Of a stretch of 64,000 nucleotides of DNA, positions 9,319 through 17,920 are shown piece after piece. The stretch lies in IMG/VR virus record IMGVR_UViG_3300028392_000060, positions 1 to 64,000 of that record. The stretch is one strand, 5' to 3'. The stretch's first letter is position 1. Every line of letters starts with the position of its first letter. This DNA is from a virus. The notes under the pieces were generated by a model. The model was not told the origin of the DNA, made no database searches, and saw only the letters and a list, made by a program, of their open reading frames with translations. The translations under genes and the position numbers were made by a program.

Positions 9319-9348
9319 AAGCCCCGAGCAACATGAAACTCGGGGCTA
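9319..9348 (-). terminator. intrinsic terminator closing the leftward island
   Basis: AGCCCCGAG/CTCGGGGCT stem followed by a U-tract on the minus strand. Confidence 0.75.
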
Positions 9349-9368
9349 GGACTTAGTGTAGCGTCCCT

Positions 9369-9665
9369 TTATACTTGTAGGTACTCAACAGATCTCGGCA
9401 CCTGTCTACCTACATTCCCCGTCAGACCCAACTCCTCTAGGGAAAGATTTAAGTATTTACATATAGATTGTGTTTCTGCTAAGTGGAATGGAACTATTTT
9501 GGCTGTTGCCATTATGTTTATGTAGTTAACCATATACTGAAGCAATGATTCATTTACATAAGCACTCTCGTGAAGCATTTTGTAAGCCAAAGCAGCAGGC
9601 GATAGGTCAGCGTGGCCTAGGCCCTCAACTATCTGCTTGTGTAACTTCTCGCTACGCACTGTCAT
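9369..9665 (-). CDS. hypothetical early protein
   Basis: ORF track; coupled operon. Confidence 0.7.
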   Translation of the reverse strand: MTVRSEKLHKQIVEGLGHADLSPAALAYKMLHESAYVNESLLQYMVNYINIMATAKIVPFHLAETQSICKYLNLSLEELGLTGNVGRQVPRSVEYLQV

Positions 9666-9961
9666 TACTCTGTCTCCTCAACTGCTAAGATTAAATTTTC
9701 CTTAACTAGCCAGTCTACTACATCAGAGCCCTCTATGTCAAACCCGCCCCAAGGTGTTGCCCAGAATGTATTCCAGATTGTTTTTAGATCTGTGTTAGGG
9801 GCCAAGATTGAATCCCATTCGTCTAGTTCCAGGACCACATCACGTATGGTGTCCCATACAAACAGCCAACCCAGCGAGAAACCGACGGGGAGTGTCTGAA
9901 GATCATCTAGAATACTATTAAACTTATCATACAACTCATCACCTAGATTTTCATTAACCAT
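9665..9961 (-). CDS. hypothetical acidic early protein
   Basis: Likely start MVNENL at 9961 behind SD GAAGG (track extends to 10024). Confidence 0.65.
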   Translation of the reverse strand: MVNENLGDELYDKFNSILDDLQTLPVGFSLGWLFVWDTIRDVVLELDEWDSILAPNTDLKTIWNTFWATPWGGFDIEGSDVVDWLVKENLILAVEETE

Positions 9962-10184
9962 TTGCCTTCTCCAAATCTGATTGATAGAATATGATATCAT
10001 AGCACATATTGTAGATATTTTCAATAGCGTCTAGATAACCAATTGCCCATTGTTCATTTCCAAAATCCTTATGTTGCCATTCATACATAATGTTTTTCAG
10101 CTCCCCCTGCAGTACATCAATTAAAGGAACATTATGTTCTATGGCCTTTTTCATTTGTGGAGATAAATCATTGTAATTAAGCAT
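9954..10184 (-). CDS. hypothetical early protein
   Basis: ORF track; overlaps both neighbours. Confidence 0.7.
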   Translation of the reverse strand: MLNYNDLSPQMKKAIEHNVPLIDVLQGELKNIMYEWQHKDFGNEQWAIGYLDAIENIYNMCYDIIFYQSDLEKANG

Positions 10185-10908
10185 TTGTCATCTCCCTATG
10201 ATCTTCGCACTTGTCTATATCTGCACCATAGAAGCAATTGCGGCATACTTCATTTTCACAATCTTCACACCACATATCAGAAGGGTCTCCAATATATTTG
10301 TAATCACATTCATTGCATTGCCAGTTCCAAGATGTATCTGATATTACTTCACCTCTAAGGATTTCCATTTCCCCGCCCCAGCCTGTCTCCTCTTCATATG
10401 AAAGCGTAAAGAGTAGTTCAGGATACTGAGAAGATAGATTAGTTAATGCTTCATTAGGAACACCCCAAGCAGTATTAAAGTTATAATAAACTACTTTGTT
10501 ATCGCCATTGTCAACAGGACCTTCCATACGTGTATCAGGATATTGTTCTTCACTAGACACGGCAACGTCCCACTTAACACCCCAGTTGCGGAGATTCCAG
10601 TTGTACCAATCATTGCCGACCTCTTGTTCGGCGTGGACTTCTTTCCACATATCTTCGCCTTTGGCCTCAAGGTTAACTTTTGCCTTTGCGTGATTGTGAT
10701 ACGCCTCTAAGTCTGTTGGTTTAATTATATTCCAGAATGCGAAAAGCGGGGCGGGATAAAGAATATCTTTTGCAACACTTGTCTTAGTATTAATATCCCA
10801 AGCGTGGGGATGAAATACTTTAAATGGTTGATTCATTTGATTTACTAATTTAGTTACAGATTCAGGATTACCTTCTATAGTTAATCCATTAAATACCCAG
10901 TTTGGCAT
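10177..10908 (-). CDS. DUF1281/YubB ferredoxin-like domain protein with C-terminal Cys cluster
   Basis: MPNWVFN, WYNWNLRNWGVKWD, FNTAWGVP, YPELLFTLSYEE. Confidence 0.75.
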   Translation of the reverse strand: MPNWVFNGLTIEGNPESVTKLVNQMNQPFKVFHPHAWDINTKTSVAKDILYPAPLFAFWNIIKPTDLEAYHNHAKAKVNLEAKGEDMWKEVHAEQEVGNDWYNWNLRNWGVKWDVAVSSEEQYPDTRMEGPVDNGDNKVVYYNFNTAWGVPNEALTNLSSQYPELLFTLSYEEETGWGGEMEILRGEVISDTSWNWQCNECDYKYIGDPSDMWCEDCENEVCRNCFYGADIDKCEDHREMTNA

Positions 10909-11090
10909 TATTTATTCTCCTCATCAAAGGCTCCATAACTTGGAGTTATTCCGCTAAGCCACTCATAATAACTTAATTTTCCCCCTAATTCCCAGCATTG
11001 TAAACAGAAAGTGCCAAATTGTTGTGCTACAACATAAGCAGGAATTGGAGAAATTGTTTTACAATTAGTACAAGTTATTCTTTCAGTCAT
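10908..11090 (-). CDS. small Zn-finger protein
   Basis: CTNC...CLQC; SD AAAGGA; downstream of the promoter at 11118. Confidence 0.7.
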   Translation of the reverse strand: MTERITCTNCKTISPIPAYVVAQQFGTFCLQCWELGGKLSYYEWLSGITPSYGAFDEENK

Positions 11091-11117
11091 TATTGTCCTT
11101 TCGTTGGGTAGGGTCTT

Positions 11118-11139
11118 ATTGTAGCATAGGGTACTGACA
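11118..11139 (-). promoter_or_regulatory. PafBC/RecA-NDp-type promoter
   Basis: TGTCAG-TACCCTATGC-TA-CAA-T. Confidence 0.75.
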
Positions 11140-11144
11140 TTTGG

Positions 11145-11378
11145 CTAGTCCCGCACCTTGTCAGTAGCCTCATCGTAAAGCAACCAGTCTATATCTATAG
11201 AATAGACAATCGTAATTGATTTGTCTAAAAGCTGGAGAACCACATGGTCCCCCTCTGTGTATCCAATTAGTTTAGCATCTTGAATTTGTTCACGACTAAA
11301 AGATCTATCTTCGTAAACGGCGGGAATGTGATTAAAGTAATAAGTATCACTATGAATACTATCCATTATATCAAGCAT
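11145..11378 (-). CDS. hypothetical early protein
   Basis: Likely start MLDIMDS overlapping the upstream stop (track extends to 11453). Confidence 0.55.
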   Translation of the reverse strand: MLDIMDSIHSDTYYFNHIPAVYEDRSFSREQIQDAKLIGYTEGDHVVLQLLDKSITIVYSIDIDWLLYDEATDKVRD

Positions 11379-11592
11379 TAGAATACTCCAATTCATTTTG
11401 TGATAAAGTAAATACAGTAAAATTAACACCATTGTTATAACAGAAGTTAACACAATTTATCAGAGATTCTGATTCATATAGTGGATATCCACCTGTATCG
11501 TAATCATTATCTAAATCAGGATATACTTCAAACATATTTATACCCCCTGGTGATACTGAATAATCTATTTCATATATTCTAAAGGTTTCCAT
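11371..11592 (-). CDS. hypothetical acidic protein, leaderless
   Basis: TGC-TAAAAT ends 6 nt before the ATG. Confidence 0.7.
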   Translation of the reverse strand: METFRIYEIDYSVSPGGINMFEVYPDLDNDYDTGGYPLYESESLINCVNFCYNNGVNFTVFTLSQNELEYSNA

Positions 11593-11635
11593 AGGTAGAT
11601 TTTAGCATATCGTAATCGTAAAAGTCTAATCGTAA

Positions 11636-11700
11636 TCTCATATTTTGAGATATATTTCAGTGATATATATCACATATCGTAAAGTGTGATTTTAATCACA
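11636..11700. promoter_or_regulatory. operator stack: TCTCA-N5-TGAGA plus two CRP-type boxes
   Basis: 11636-11650; AGTGA-N6-TCACA 11659-11674; TGTGA-N6-TCACA 11685-11700. Confidence 0.65.
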
Positions 11701-11874
11701 CCCCCGCGCCCAGCTGTCCCACTTTGTCAAGTGGGACACGCAAGGTTTTACATATAACTTACTATAAATTCCATAGTCATATGCAAATTACAATCACAAT
11801 CATTTTTTGCAGAATCAAAGTGATCTTGATATTGCTCATAGATAAGTGTTACAAGTTCATCTATAGTGTATGGT

Positions 11875-12240
11875 TTATGTGTTGTGGTAATTGTGAACCT
11901 CTTCCATATATGAAATAAAACTTTCAAAACTGTGCCAATGTCCATTATCATTTACCATTTGAGTAGTGAAATCTATTTCTACTACTTCGTCCATATAAGG
12001 TGTGTCAGCATTTGCTACATAGATACCGAAGCCTGTTTCGCTATCCCGCCCATCTTTTGTTAGTTGGTCAATTACAATGCGGAGAGCATACGGAACATCT
12101 CCCATATCAGTACGCTTTTTTGCGGCGGTAAGTGCTAACGCTAAATCCTCACGCCAAGTTGTTTCGCCCCAATGTGAATATAGCACAATGTTAGGCATAT
12201 CTAACTCTGTTTTAAATACGAAATTAACTCTTGCTCCCAT
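11875..12240 (-). CDS. hypothetical early protein
   Basis: MGARVNF...LYSHWGE, a recurrent phage early-gene pattern; SD GGAGG. Confidence 0.75.
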   Translation of the reverse strand: MGARVNFVFKTELDMPNIVLYSHWGETTWREDLALALTAAKKRTDMGDVPYALRIVIDQLTKDGRDSETGFGIYVANADTPYMDEVVEIDFTTQMVNDNGHWHSFESFISYMEEVHNYHNT

Positions 12241-12314
12241 TAAAGTATTCCTCCTATCGCTATAAATACTCCAAGTAATACTGCTAAGATTAAAACTACT
12301 GCCGTTGAGTTCAT
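12240..12314 (-). CDS. 24-aa single-TM peptide MNSTAVVLILAVLLGVFIAIGGIL (not in track)
   Basis: Leaderless after TTGACT-N17-TAGGAT; TAATG-coupled to the next gene. Confidence 0.55.
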   Translation of the reverse strand: MNSTAVVLILAVLLGVFIAIGGIL

Positions 12315-12336
12315 TATCATATCCTATCAAATAAGT

Positions 12337-12363
12337 GGCGGGAAGTCAATTACCCTTCCCGCC
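12337..12363 (-). terminator. GC-rich stem-loop
   Basis: GGCGGGAAG/CTTCCCGCC, just past the 12372 stop. Confidence 0.6.
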
Positions 12364-12371
12364 CAAGTTAA

Positions 12372-12788
12372 TTAGAGATATTGAGCGATAGACTTCATAG
12401 TGGAAGCATTAACTGTTTCCTCATCTGTCATACGCAAGATGTTAAGAGCGTTTGTGATTTCCTCTTTGGAATTTTTGTATTCATAATTTGCCATTTGGTT
12501 AAACTCACGGGTTGGCTCAACAGGGAAGTTAGAGCCTTTTGTGCTGACATCAAAATCAACATTTAGAGTTTCACTCCAAGAACGATACCCTGTGCGAAGG
12601 TTAGTTGCGGTTGCGATATTAGCGAGAGCGAAGTCTTTTAGACTATCTTGCCAAGCCTTGTATGCTTCTTGGAACTTTGCTTCGTTGGCTTCTTGACCAG
12701 CGTAGTCTATCTCAATTTGGGCTAACTTAGCCTCTAGTGCCTTGATTACCTTTGGTGTTGCCACCTTTACTGTTATTGCTCTAGCCAT
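12372..12788 (-). CDS. hypothetical early protein
   Basis: SD AAAGGA; promoter at 12822. Confidence 0.8.
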   Translation of the reverse strand: MARAITVKVATPKVIKALEAKLAQIEIDYAGQEANEAKFQEAYKAWQDSLKDFALANIATATNLRTGYRSWSETLNVDFDVSTKGSNFPVEPTREFNQMANYEYKNSKEEITNALNILRMTDEETVNASTMKSIAQYL

Positions 12789-12821
12789 TTGGTTTCCTTT
12801 GTTAGTTGGGTTGGTAGGATT

Positions 12822-12843
12822 ATTATATCAGGGGGGTCTGACA
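12822..12843 (-). promoter_or_regulatory. PafBC/RecA-NDp-type promoter
   Basis: TGTCAG-ACCCCCCTGA-TA-TAA-T. Confidence 0.75.
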
Positions 12844-12918
12844 TAAACTTAAGTGCTAGTTCTTACTTACGACATTGGGCTAGAACTCTAGCAAACTGCC
12901 CCTGTTTCGTTGTCCCCT

Positions 12919-12940
12919 ATTATATCATAGGGGTCTGACA
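12919..12940 (-). promoter_or_regulatory. PafBC/RecA-NDp-type promoter
   Basis: TGTCAG-ACCCCTATGA-TA-TAA-T. Confidence 0.75.
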
Positions 12941-13168
12941 TTATGCTTCGTGCTTGGGCAAATCAACACGCACATTTTTCTGTATGTTAGAACTAATTAA
13001 CTTACCTTGAAAAGCGACCATCATTTTTGCCAATTTCATTTCATCACCAGATGATAGTTCAATCTGGTTATCATTTAAGACTACATATTCAACGCCATAT
13101 TGAATAGCCTTGCCCAATCCATAGCCCATTTGGGCTTTGGACGGGACTTCTAAAGTAATAACTGCCAT
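12941..13168 (-). CDS. hypothetical early protein
   Basis: ORF track; SD GAGGA. Confidence 0.7.
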   Translation of the reverse strand: MAVITLEVPSKAQMGYGLGKAIQYGVEYVVLNDNQIELSSGDEMKLAKMMVAFQGKLISSNIQKNVRVDLPKHEA

Positions 13169-13169
13169 A

Positions 13170-13793
13170 TTAGGATTCCTCTCTTACATCATAAATAGAA
13201 TAATCATTTACATCTACATCAGCACCATAAGTGGATACTGAAAGTTCATCATTTAACATAGTTTCTAAATCATAATTATCGGTTAAAGATACACGCATAA
13301 TTCCACTTACTTCTATTGTGGCAGAAAACTCTATTTCTTTACTTAGTTCAAGATTAAATAAATCTGCGATAGTTGTTAAAGTATCTTGGTCATTACTGTC
13401 ATCATAAGCGTCAATAATTATGTTATGAAGTGTAACTAACTTGTTGTTGAAATCAGCAACATCACTCTTAAGTTGACGGGCTTCACGAAGTTTCCACTCT
13501 AAATCATTAACTTTATCAGTTTGATAAGTTGTTTCGTTATTCTCAATTATCTTGTAGGTAACGAGTAGGTTTGGGTTATATTCTGTTGAAATATCCATTT
13601 GTTCCTCTTTCTTTGTAGTTGGGTCTATTGTAACATCTACCACCGACATCAGTATCATTTGTGTATCTGTCATACATTTTGGACACATATCACTTTGTGG
13701 AAGTCCATTAGATTTAATAGTCATTACAATATGGCTATCGCAATTTGGGCATACATAATCCCATTTAAACCAGGTTTCATTTTTATTTGTCAT
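13170..13793 (-). CDS. hypothetical protein, N-terminal Zn ribbon; internal start at 13598
   Basis: CPNC...CPKC; leaderless ATG after TAAAAT; internal promoter, SD GAGGA and in-frame MDISTEY. Confidence 0.7.
   Translation of the reverse strand: MTNKNETWFKWDYVCPNCDSHIVMTIKSNGLPQSDMCPKCMTDTQMILMSVVDVTIDPTTKKEEQMDISTEYNPNLLVTYKIIENNETTYQTDKVNDLEWKLREARQLKSDVADFNNKLVTLHNIIIDAYDDSNDQDTLTTIADLFNLELSKEIEFSATIEVSGIMRVSLTDNYDLETMLNDELSVSTYGADVDVNDYSIYDVREES
13627..13648 (-). promoter_or_regulatory. PafBC/RecA-NDp-type promoter inside coding sequence
   Basis: TGTCGG-TGGTAGATGT-TA-CAA-T. Confidence 0.7.
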
Positions 13794-13800
13794 AGCGAGT

Positions 13801-13900
13801 ATTTTAGCAGGTTACTCACGGGTAATCAAACGACACGCCGTAAAACTCAGGGTGATTTTTATCACACTCGTAACGACACGCCCGACCTCGGGGGGCGCGG
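13801..13900 (-). promoter_or_regulatory. upstream module: sigmaA promoter, TACT-N4-RGTA, GACAC, CRP box, GC-rich repeat
   Basis: TTGATT-N17-TAAAAT; CGACACGCCG 13831-13840; GGTGA-N6-TCACA 13851-13866; repeat 13875-13900. Confidence 0.7.
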
Positions 13901-13902
13901 CC

Positions 13903-13940
13903 CATGCATAATTATACATTGCAATGCATATTTATACATT
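13903..13940. promoter_or_regulatory. tandem ARG-box-like operator (ArgR)
   Basis: CATGCATAATTATACATT-gc-AATGCATATTTATACATT (18+2+18). Confidence 0.6.
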
Positions 13941-13949
13941 GAAGCTTTG

Positions 13950-14025
13950 CGATCCGTACGGGATTTGAACCCGTGGTCTCTACAGTGACAGTGTAGTGAA
14001 TTAAACCAAACTATTCTAACGGACC
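13950..14025 (-). tRNA. tRNA-Asp(GTC)
   Basis: Acceptor GGTCCGT/ACGGATC, anticodon arm CTACA-CTGTCAC-TGTAG, T arm ACGGG-TTCAAAT-CCCGT, discriminator G; CCA not encoded. Confidence 0.93.
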
Positions 14026-14031
14026 TTGCGG

Positions 14032-14059
14032 TGAGCAGTTTTTACACTTGCTCAGGTGT
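14032..14059 (-). ncRNA. H-type pseudoknot copy A
   Basis: ACAC-C-UGAGCA-A-GUGU-AAAAAC-UGCUCA. Confidence 0.6.
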
Positions 14060-14067
14060 TGCGAATT

Positions 14068-15096
14068 TTATTTCGCTAGTGCTAAGACTTGCTTAACAAT
14101 TTTATTTTTTTCAGCAGTTACAACAGGGTCAAAACCACTTGCGCCTGCCATTAGGCTATCGCCATCTTTTCGGGCTGTGCGATAATAATCTAGGCGTTCT
14201 GTGAGAGCATTTACAACACCCCACGCAGTACCCTTGATATTATTATTGGTAGGCGAATTGTGATAAAGTTCATCAAGCAATACAACCTTATTTTCCCATT
14301 TCTTGATTGAACCCTTTTTGTCCAATTCAGGCTTTGGGTACATCTTGTTAATGATTTCTGAAAACTTTTTATCAGTAACAGAAATTGCGAATAGTTCTTG
14401 CGCTTGCTTTTCAAATTCATCAGCATATGCGAAAGTTAATCCGAGAGCCTCTCGTGCTTGAGCAATTTTACCATCAACAGTTTGTGTATGACGGATTTTG
14501 AAACTCTGCTTTGCTTTTTTCATAGCAAAATTAAGAGTGTTTTGGCACATAACACGAACAGGGGTAATAGCAGATTGAACCGCTACTGAGCCATCGTGTG
14601 AAGTCCAAACAATTAGATAAAGTTTTGTTTCATCGTTCACACCTTTAGGGTCTAATACGATTGTGCGGGGAACGGACATTGTGCCAAACACAACATTGCC
14701 ACCCTTGAGAGAGCCTGCGCTTTCCCAAAATACATCTTGATTTCCATCGTGTAAGTTATCAGCAAACGAAAATAATTCCTCGTTTTGAACTTCTTTATAG
14801 CGTGAACCTACAACGGAGAGAACATCAGTTTGTCCCGCAGTATAAGGGTTATCACGAATTACAAGTTGATTATCCTTGAGAGAGTTCCAATTCTCAGGGA
14901 GATAATCAGCAACAGGAGCAAGGCGAACGTTCCAATTAGATAGTTTAGCACCATCTAACATTTGAGCAGTTGTTACTGCTTCATCTTGATTGAATACCTT
15001 ATTGGCAAAAGAGTGCCAAGCGGGTACTGTGCGGAGATTTACGGCAAGAGAAACTTCTCCGCCTTCAACCTCTGATTTATGAGCCAAGTTGGTCAT
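14068..15096 (-). CDS. DUF932-family (phage/plasmid-like) protein
   Basis: PAWH, VVGSRYKEVQN, ESAGSLKGG, TSHDGS, TPVRVMCQNTL, IRHT, GTAWGVVNALTE. Confidence 0.88.
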   Translation of the reverse strand: MTNLAHKSEVEGGEVSLAVNLRTVPAWHSFANKVFNQDEAVTTAQMLDGAKLSNWNVRLAPVADYLPENWNSLKDNQLVIRDNPYTAGQTDVLSVVGSRYKEVQNEELFSFADNLHDGNQDVFWESAGSLKGGNVVFGTMSVPRTIVLDPKGVNDETKLYLIVWTSHDGSVAVQSAITPVRVMCQNTLNFAMKKAKQSFKIRHTQTVDGKIAQAREALGLTFAYADEFEKQAQELFAISVTDKKFSEIINKMYPKPELDKKGSIKKWENKVVLLDELYHNSPTNNNIKGTAWGVVNALTERLDYYRTARKDGDSLMAGASGFDPVVTAEKNKIVKQVLALAK

Positions 15097-15125
15097 ATGA
15101 TTTCCTTTCTTTGTTTGTTAAATTG

Positions 15126-15147
15126 AGTATAACATATGGCACCGACA
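15126..15147 (-). promoter_or_regulatory. PafBC/RecA-NDp-type promoter
   Basis: TGTCGG-TGCCATATGT-TA-TAC-T. Confidence 0.78.
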
Positions 15148-15196
15148 TTTGTCCACTTTAAATAATCATTTTAAGACACATTCAACCAATTTTGCG

Positions 15197-15264
15197 TGTG
15201 AGAAATATCACAGAGATTTTTTCGGCGTGTCGTAAATGCGACACGCCCGACCTCGGGGGCGCGG
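15197..15264. promoter_or_regulatory. CRP box, inverted GACAC pair and GC-rich repeat
   Basis: TGTGA-N6-TCACA 15197-15212; GGCGTGTCG...CGACACGCC; repeat 15240-15264. Confidence 0.65.
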
Positions 15265-15557
15265 CCCAAAAATTTAATTTTGTCAAGTCAACACGCAGCT
15301 ATTTTTTAAATAAAAAAAATATTTTTAATATAACAATAATGGCCACCGTGTAAAATAATTGTGAAAACACGTTGACCATTAATTGCATTTTATCCCCTCG
15401 TTTAAATATATTTTATAAGATCTTTTGTTTTTCTACAATTTTTCTAGCCTTTGCAGATAACGGTTTACCTGGGCAGTTCATATGAAAATAAGTTATTAGC
15501 ATATCTTCTTCATTTGTTGTTGTGGCCCCGCATTTATGGCAGGACCACGATTCTTTT

Positions 15558-15881
15558 TTATTCTTCATCAGTGTACACGCATTCTGCACAGTCGCATTCC
15601 CATGAATGCGGTAGCCATGCGTCTAAGTGATGCGCTTCTGCAATTGCGGATGCGGGAGCACTTTCTTCTCCACGCCATGACACGCCTTCGGGAAGTTTAA
15701 TCAAGCGAGAATAATCTTCTTCATGATATGCATCAATTGCATCTAGGCAAGGTTGCACCATTGAAGAGGGGACGGGTGGGTAGTGATTACCCTTCAAGTG
15801 AATTTTTAATTGTGTGCGAATATCTATAGCCATATCCGCTAGATCATTTGCAAAAACACTTCCCATATTAGTTATCTCCAT
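15558..15881 (-). CDS. hypothetical early protein
   Basis: HLKGNHYPPVP...HHLDAWL; start may be MGSVFA. Confidence 0.75.
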   Translation of the reverse strand: MEITNMGSVFANDLADMAIDIRTQLKIHLKGNHYPPVPSSMVQPCLDAIDAYHEEDYSRLIKLPEGVSWRGEESAPASAIAEAHHLDAWLPHSWECDCAECVYTDEE

Positions 15882-16152
15882 TTTCTATTGAATCAAACAT
15901 ATTTTGAATTTCTAGGGCTTCATCCGCCATTTTATCAAAGTCCTCACCCATTAGCAAGTGCGACACTCTAGTAGCGACTACACTAGCAAGTAAAGTAGAA
16001 TAAGCAAACATCATTTCAGAAATACGATCTAATTTTTCTGAATTACCTTCAGCATAGTCCCAAGCAATTTCACGAGCAGCATTCATCACTTCAATATCAA
16101 TTACTGAATCAGCAGTCGCTTCTCTAATTTCAAAGAAAGTAGAAATACTCAT
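15868..16152 (-). CDS. hypothetical early protein
   Basis: ORF track; TAATG coupling. Confidence 0.7.
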   Translation of the reverse strand: MSISTFFEIREATADSVIDIEVMNAAREIAWDYAEGNSEKLDRISEMMFAYSTLLASVVATRVSHLLMGEDFDKMADEALEIQNMFDSIENGDN

Positions 16153-16358
16153 TATTCCACCACCTTTAATAATGCGTAAGAATTATTTTCGTTTAATTCA
16201 TCTAAGATATCTGTTAGTTTAGGAACGATTAACGCCTTAAGCATATCCTCAAGCATAGCCACTTGTTGTTCATATGGGAGAGATAGTAGACGGCGGGCAG
16301 TAGGATTATTTTCATCCAATTCTGTTTCAAACTTTAGCGTGTGAGGGATTTTTACCAT
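16152..16358 (-). CDS. hypothetical early protein
   Basis: SD AAAGGA; promoter at 16393. Confidence 0.7.
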   Translation of the reverse strand: MVKIPHTLKFETELDENNPTARRLLSLPYEQQVAMLEDMLKALIVPKLTDILDELNENNSYALLKVVE

Positions 16359-16392
16359 TTATTTATTGTCCTTTTCTTTGTTGGGAGTAGTT

Positions 16393-16414
16393 AGTATATC
16401 ACGAGCCACCGACA
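16393..16414 (-). promoter_or_regulatory. PafBC/RecA-NDp-type promoter
   Basis: TGTCGG-TGGCTCGTGA-TA-TAC-T. Confidence 0.78.
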
Positions 16415-16478
16415 TTAGTTCGGTGGAGAAAGTGTTATCTATGAAATTATTCCATAGTGTATCAAGTTGATTATTCAT

Positions 16479-16682
16479 TTATTCCCCTTCGTCATATTCT
16501 AGGGACATAGGGAAGGCATCTAGCCCCATAAATCCCATATCTTCTTGATCATAGCACTCAGGGCAGACATAGTCATCGCCATATATTTCATATTCATCTA
16601 CGGAGTAAAAAGTTTCTTTAGCCCCGCATATTTCATAGTATAGACACGCTACTACAAAAATTTCATCTTGTTGATTTATCAT
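16479..16682 (-). CDS. small acidic Zn-finger protein
   Basis: Start MINQQD behind SD GAAAGG; C...CG...CPEC. Confidence 0.7.
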   Translation of the reverse strand: MINQQDEIFVVACLYYEICGAKETFYSVDEYEIYGDDYVCPECYDQEDMGFMGLDAFPMSLEYDEGE

Positions 16683-16713
16683 AAGTTTACCTTTCTTGTT
16701 GTTGATATTGGCA

Positions 16714-16779
16714 AGTATAACATAGGGCACCGACACGATCAAACAACACGCCGCAAAACTCAGGGTGATTAAAATCACA
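16714..16779 (-). promoter_or_regulatory. dual promoter (PafBC-type plus TTGATC -35) with GACAC-like site and CRP box
   Basis: TGTCGG-TGCCCTATGT-TA-TAC-T 16714-16735; CAACACGCCG 16744-16753; GGTGA-N6-TCACA 16764-16779. Confidence 0.72.
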
Positions 16780-16972
16780 CTCGTAACACGGCGTGTCGGC
16801 TTGACAGCCGCGGCAAAAAATTTGCAGCTTTTGCAAACTACAAATTTATTTTTTTATTTATTCAAATTTATTTTTATATTTATTTTTTCTTGAATAAATT
16901 TTTTTATTTTTAATTGGTGTTGCCGCATTACTGCGACGCAATTCTTGAATGCGTTTTACTTTTTCCATAATT

Positions 16973-17176
16973 TTATTTACCCCCAATTTTACCACCACGA
17001 TACAAAATTTTTGTATGTAATTTCCCGCTTGGCTCTAATAAATTAACAGTTGCGTATTCATTAGCAAATCCCCAATCAACAAAACTGCGATAAGAATTTA
17101 CTGCGTCTAACGCATTATCTAACACCATTGACCAATGCGGTGCTTTGCCATCATAGGCACAAGTTATTTTGTACAT
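16973..17176 (-). CDS. hypothetical early protein
   Basis: ORF track; SD GGAG. Confidence 0.7.
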   Translation of the reverse strand: MYKITCAYDGKAPHWSMVLDNALDAVNSYRSFVDWGFANEYATVNLLEPSGKLHTKILYRGGKIGGK

Positions 17177-17268
17177 TAGTTATTTCTCCAAACATTTATT
17201 GCATAGGGCATAATTATTTGAGAAATAAACACGATAACATCTAACGCATTTGCTTAGTTTAGTTTTCA

Positions 17269-17457
17269 TTAGTTATTCTCCCAATTCTTGAATAGTTGGT
17301 GAAAATCTGCAATTTTTTCCGCAGAAATTTGAGTTGGATTACACTCACAATAATCAAAATCAAAATCTCCGTCTGGTGATGACCAACCTGTGAAACCTTG
17401 ACCATAGCACTCAGGGCAAGTTAAAATTTCGGTGATTACTTCTTTTACTTTAGACAT
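17269..17457 (-). CDS. small Zn-binding protein
   Basis: Likely start MSKVKE behind SD AAAGGA; CPECYGQG...CECNP. Confidence 0.7.
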   Translation of the reverse strand: MSKVKEVITEILTCPECYGQGFTGWSSPDGDFDFDYCECNPTQISAEKIADFHQLFKNWENN

Positions 17458-17499
17458 TAGTTGTCCTTTCTTGTTTGACATTTACACTTTGTTAATTGT

Positions 17500-17521
17500 A
17501 TTCTATCACCCACCACCGACA
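17500..17521 (-). promoter_or_regulatory. PafBC/RecA-NDp-type promoter
   Basis: TGTCGG-TGGTGGGTGA-TA-GAA-T. Confidence 0.78.
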
Positions 17522-17560
17522 AGGTGGCGAGTGTTGAACAGTTATCGCATAAGTAAATCA

Positions 17561-17782
17561 TTACTCATCTACTTTGATATAAACAGTTGCGAAAAAATCA
17601 GGCTTAGGGTAACCTTCGCCTGTGTAAGTTGGGCGAACTTTACAAGCGAACGCATAAACGCCTTCGCTTAAACCGCAAATATCTTTTCGCAATTTTGCGT
17701 ATTGGATAATTCCGTCTTGACCTGTTCGGGCATAAGAACGGCTACGATAGTATTTTCCCTCTAGGGCTTCTGAGATTAGCAT
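17561..17782 (-). CDS. hypothetical early protein
   Basis: SD GAAGG; promoter at 17813. Confidence 0.7.
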   Translation of the reverse strand: MLISEALEGKYYRSRSYARTGQDGIIQYAKLRKDICGLSEGVYAFACKVRPTYTGEGYPKPDFFATVYIKVDE

Positions 17783-17889
17783 TATTTGCTACCTTCTTTC
17801 TTTGTTGAGTTAATTATAACATTTACCACCGACACGGCAGACTGACGGCGGGTTTCAAGTACGTGTGCCTTGAATTCATCTAGGTTCAT
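17782..17889 (-). CDS. 35-aa hypothetical protein MNLDEFKAHV...
   Basis: SD GAAGG; the track extension to 18066 crosses the regulatory module. Confidence 0.55.
   Translation of the reverse strand: MNLDEFKAHVLETRRQSAVSVVNVIINSTKKEGSK
17813..17834 (-). promoter_or_regulatory. PafBC/RecA-NDp-type promoter inside coding sequence
   Basis: TGTCGG-TGGTAAATGT-TA-TAA-T. Confidence 0.75.
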
Positions 17890-17920
17890 TATTTGACCTT
17901 CTTTCTTTCTTGTTATGGCA

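Noticed and set aside
13599-13988. 129-aa plus-strand ORF
   Set aside because: Runs antisense across a gene, the operator module and the tRNA
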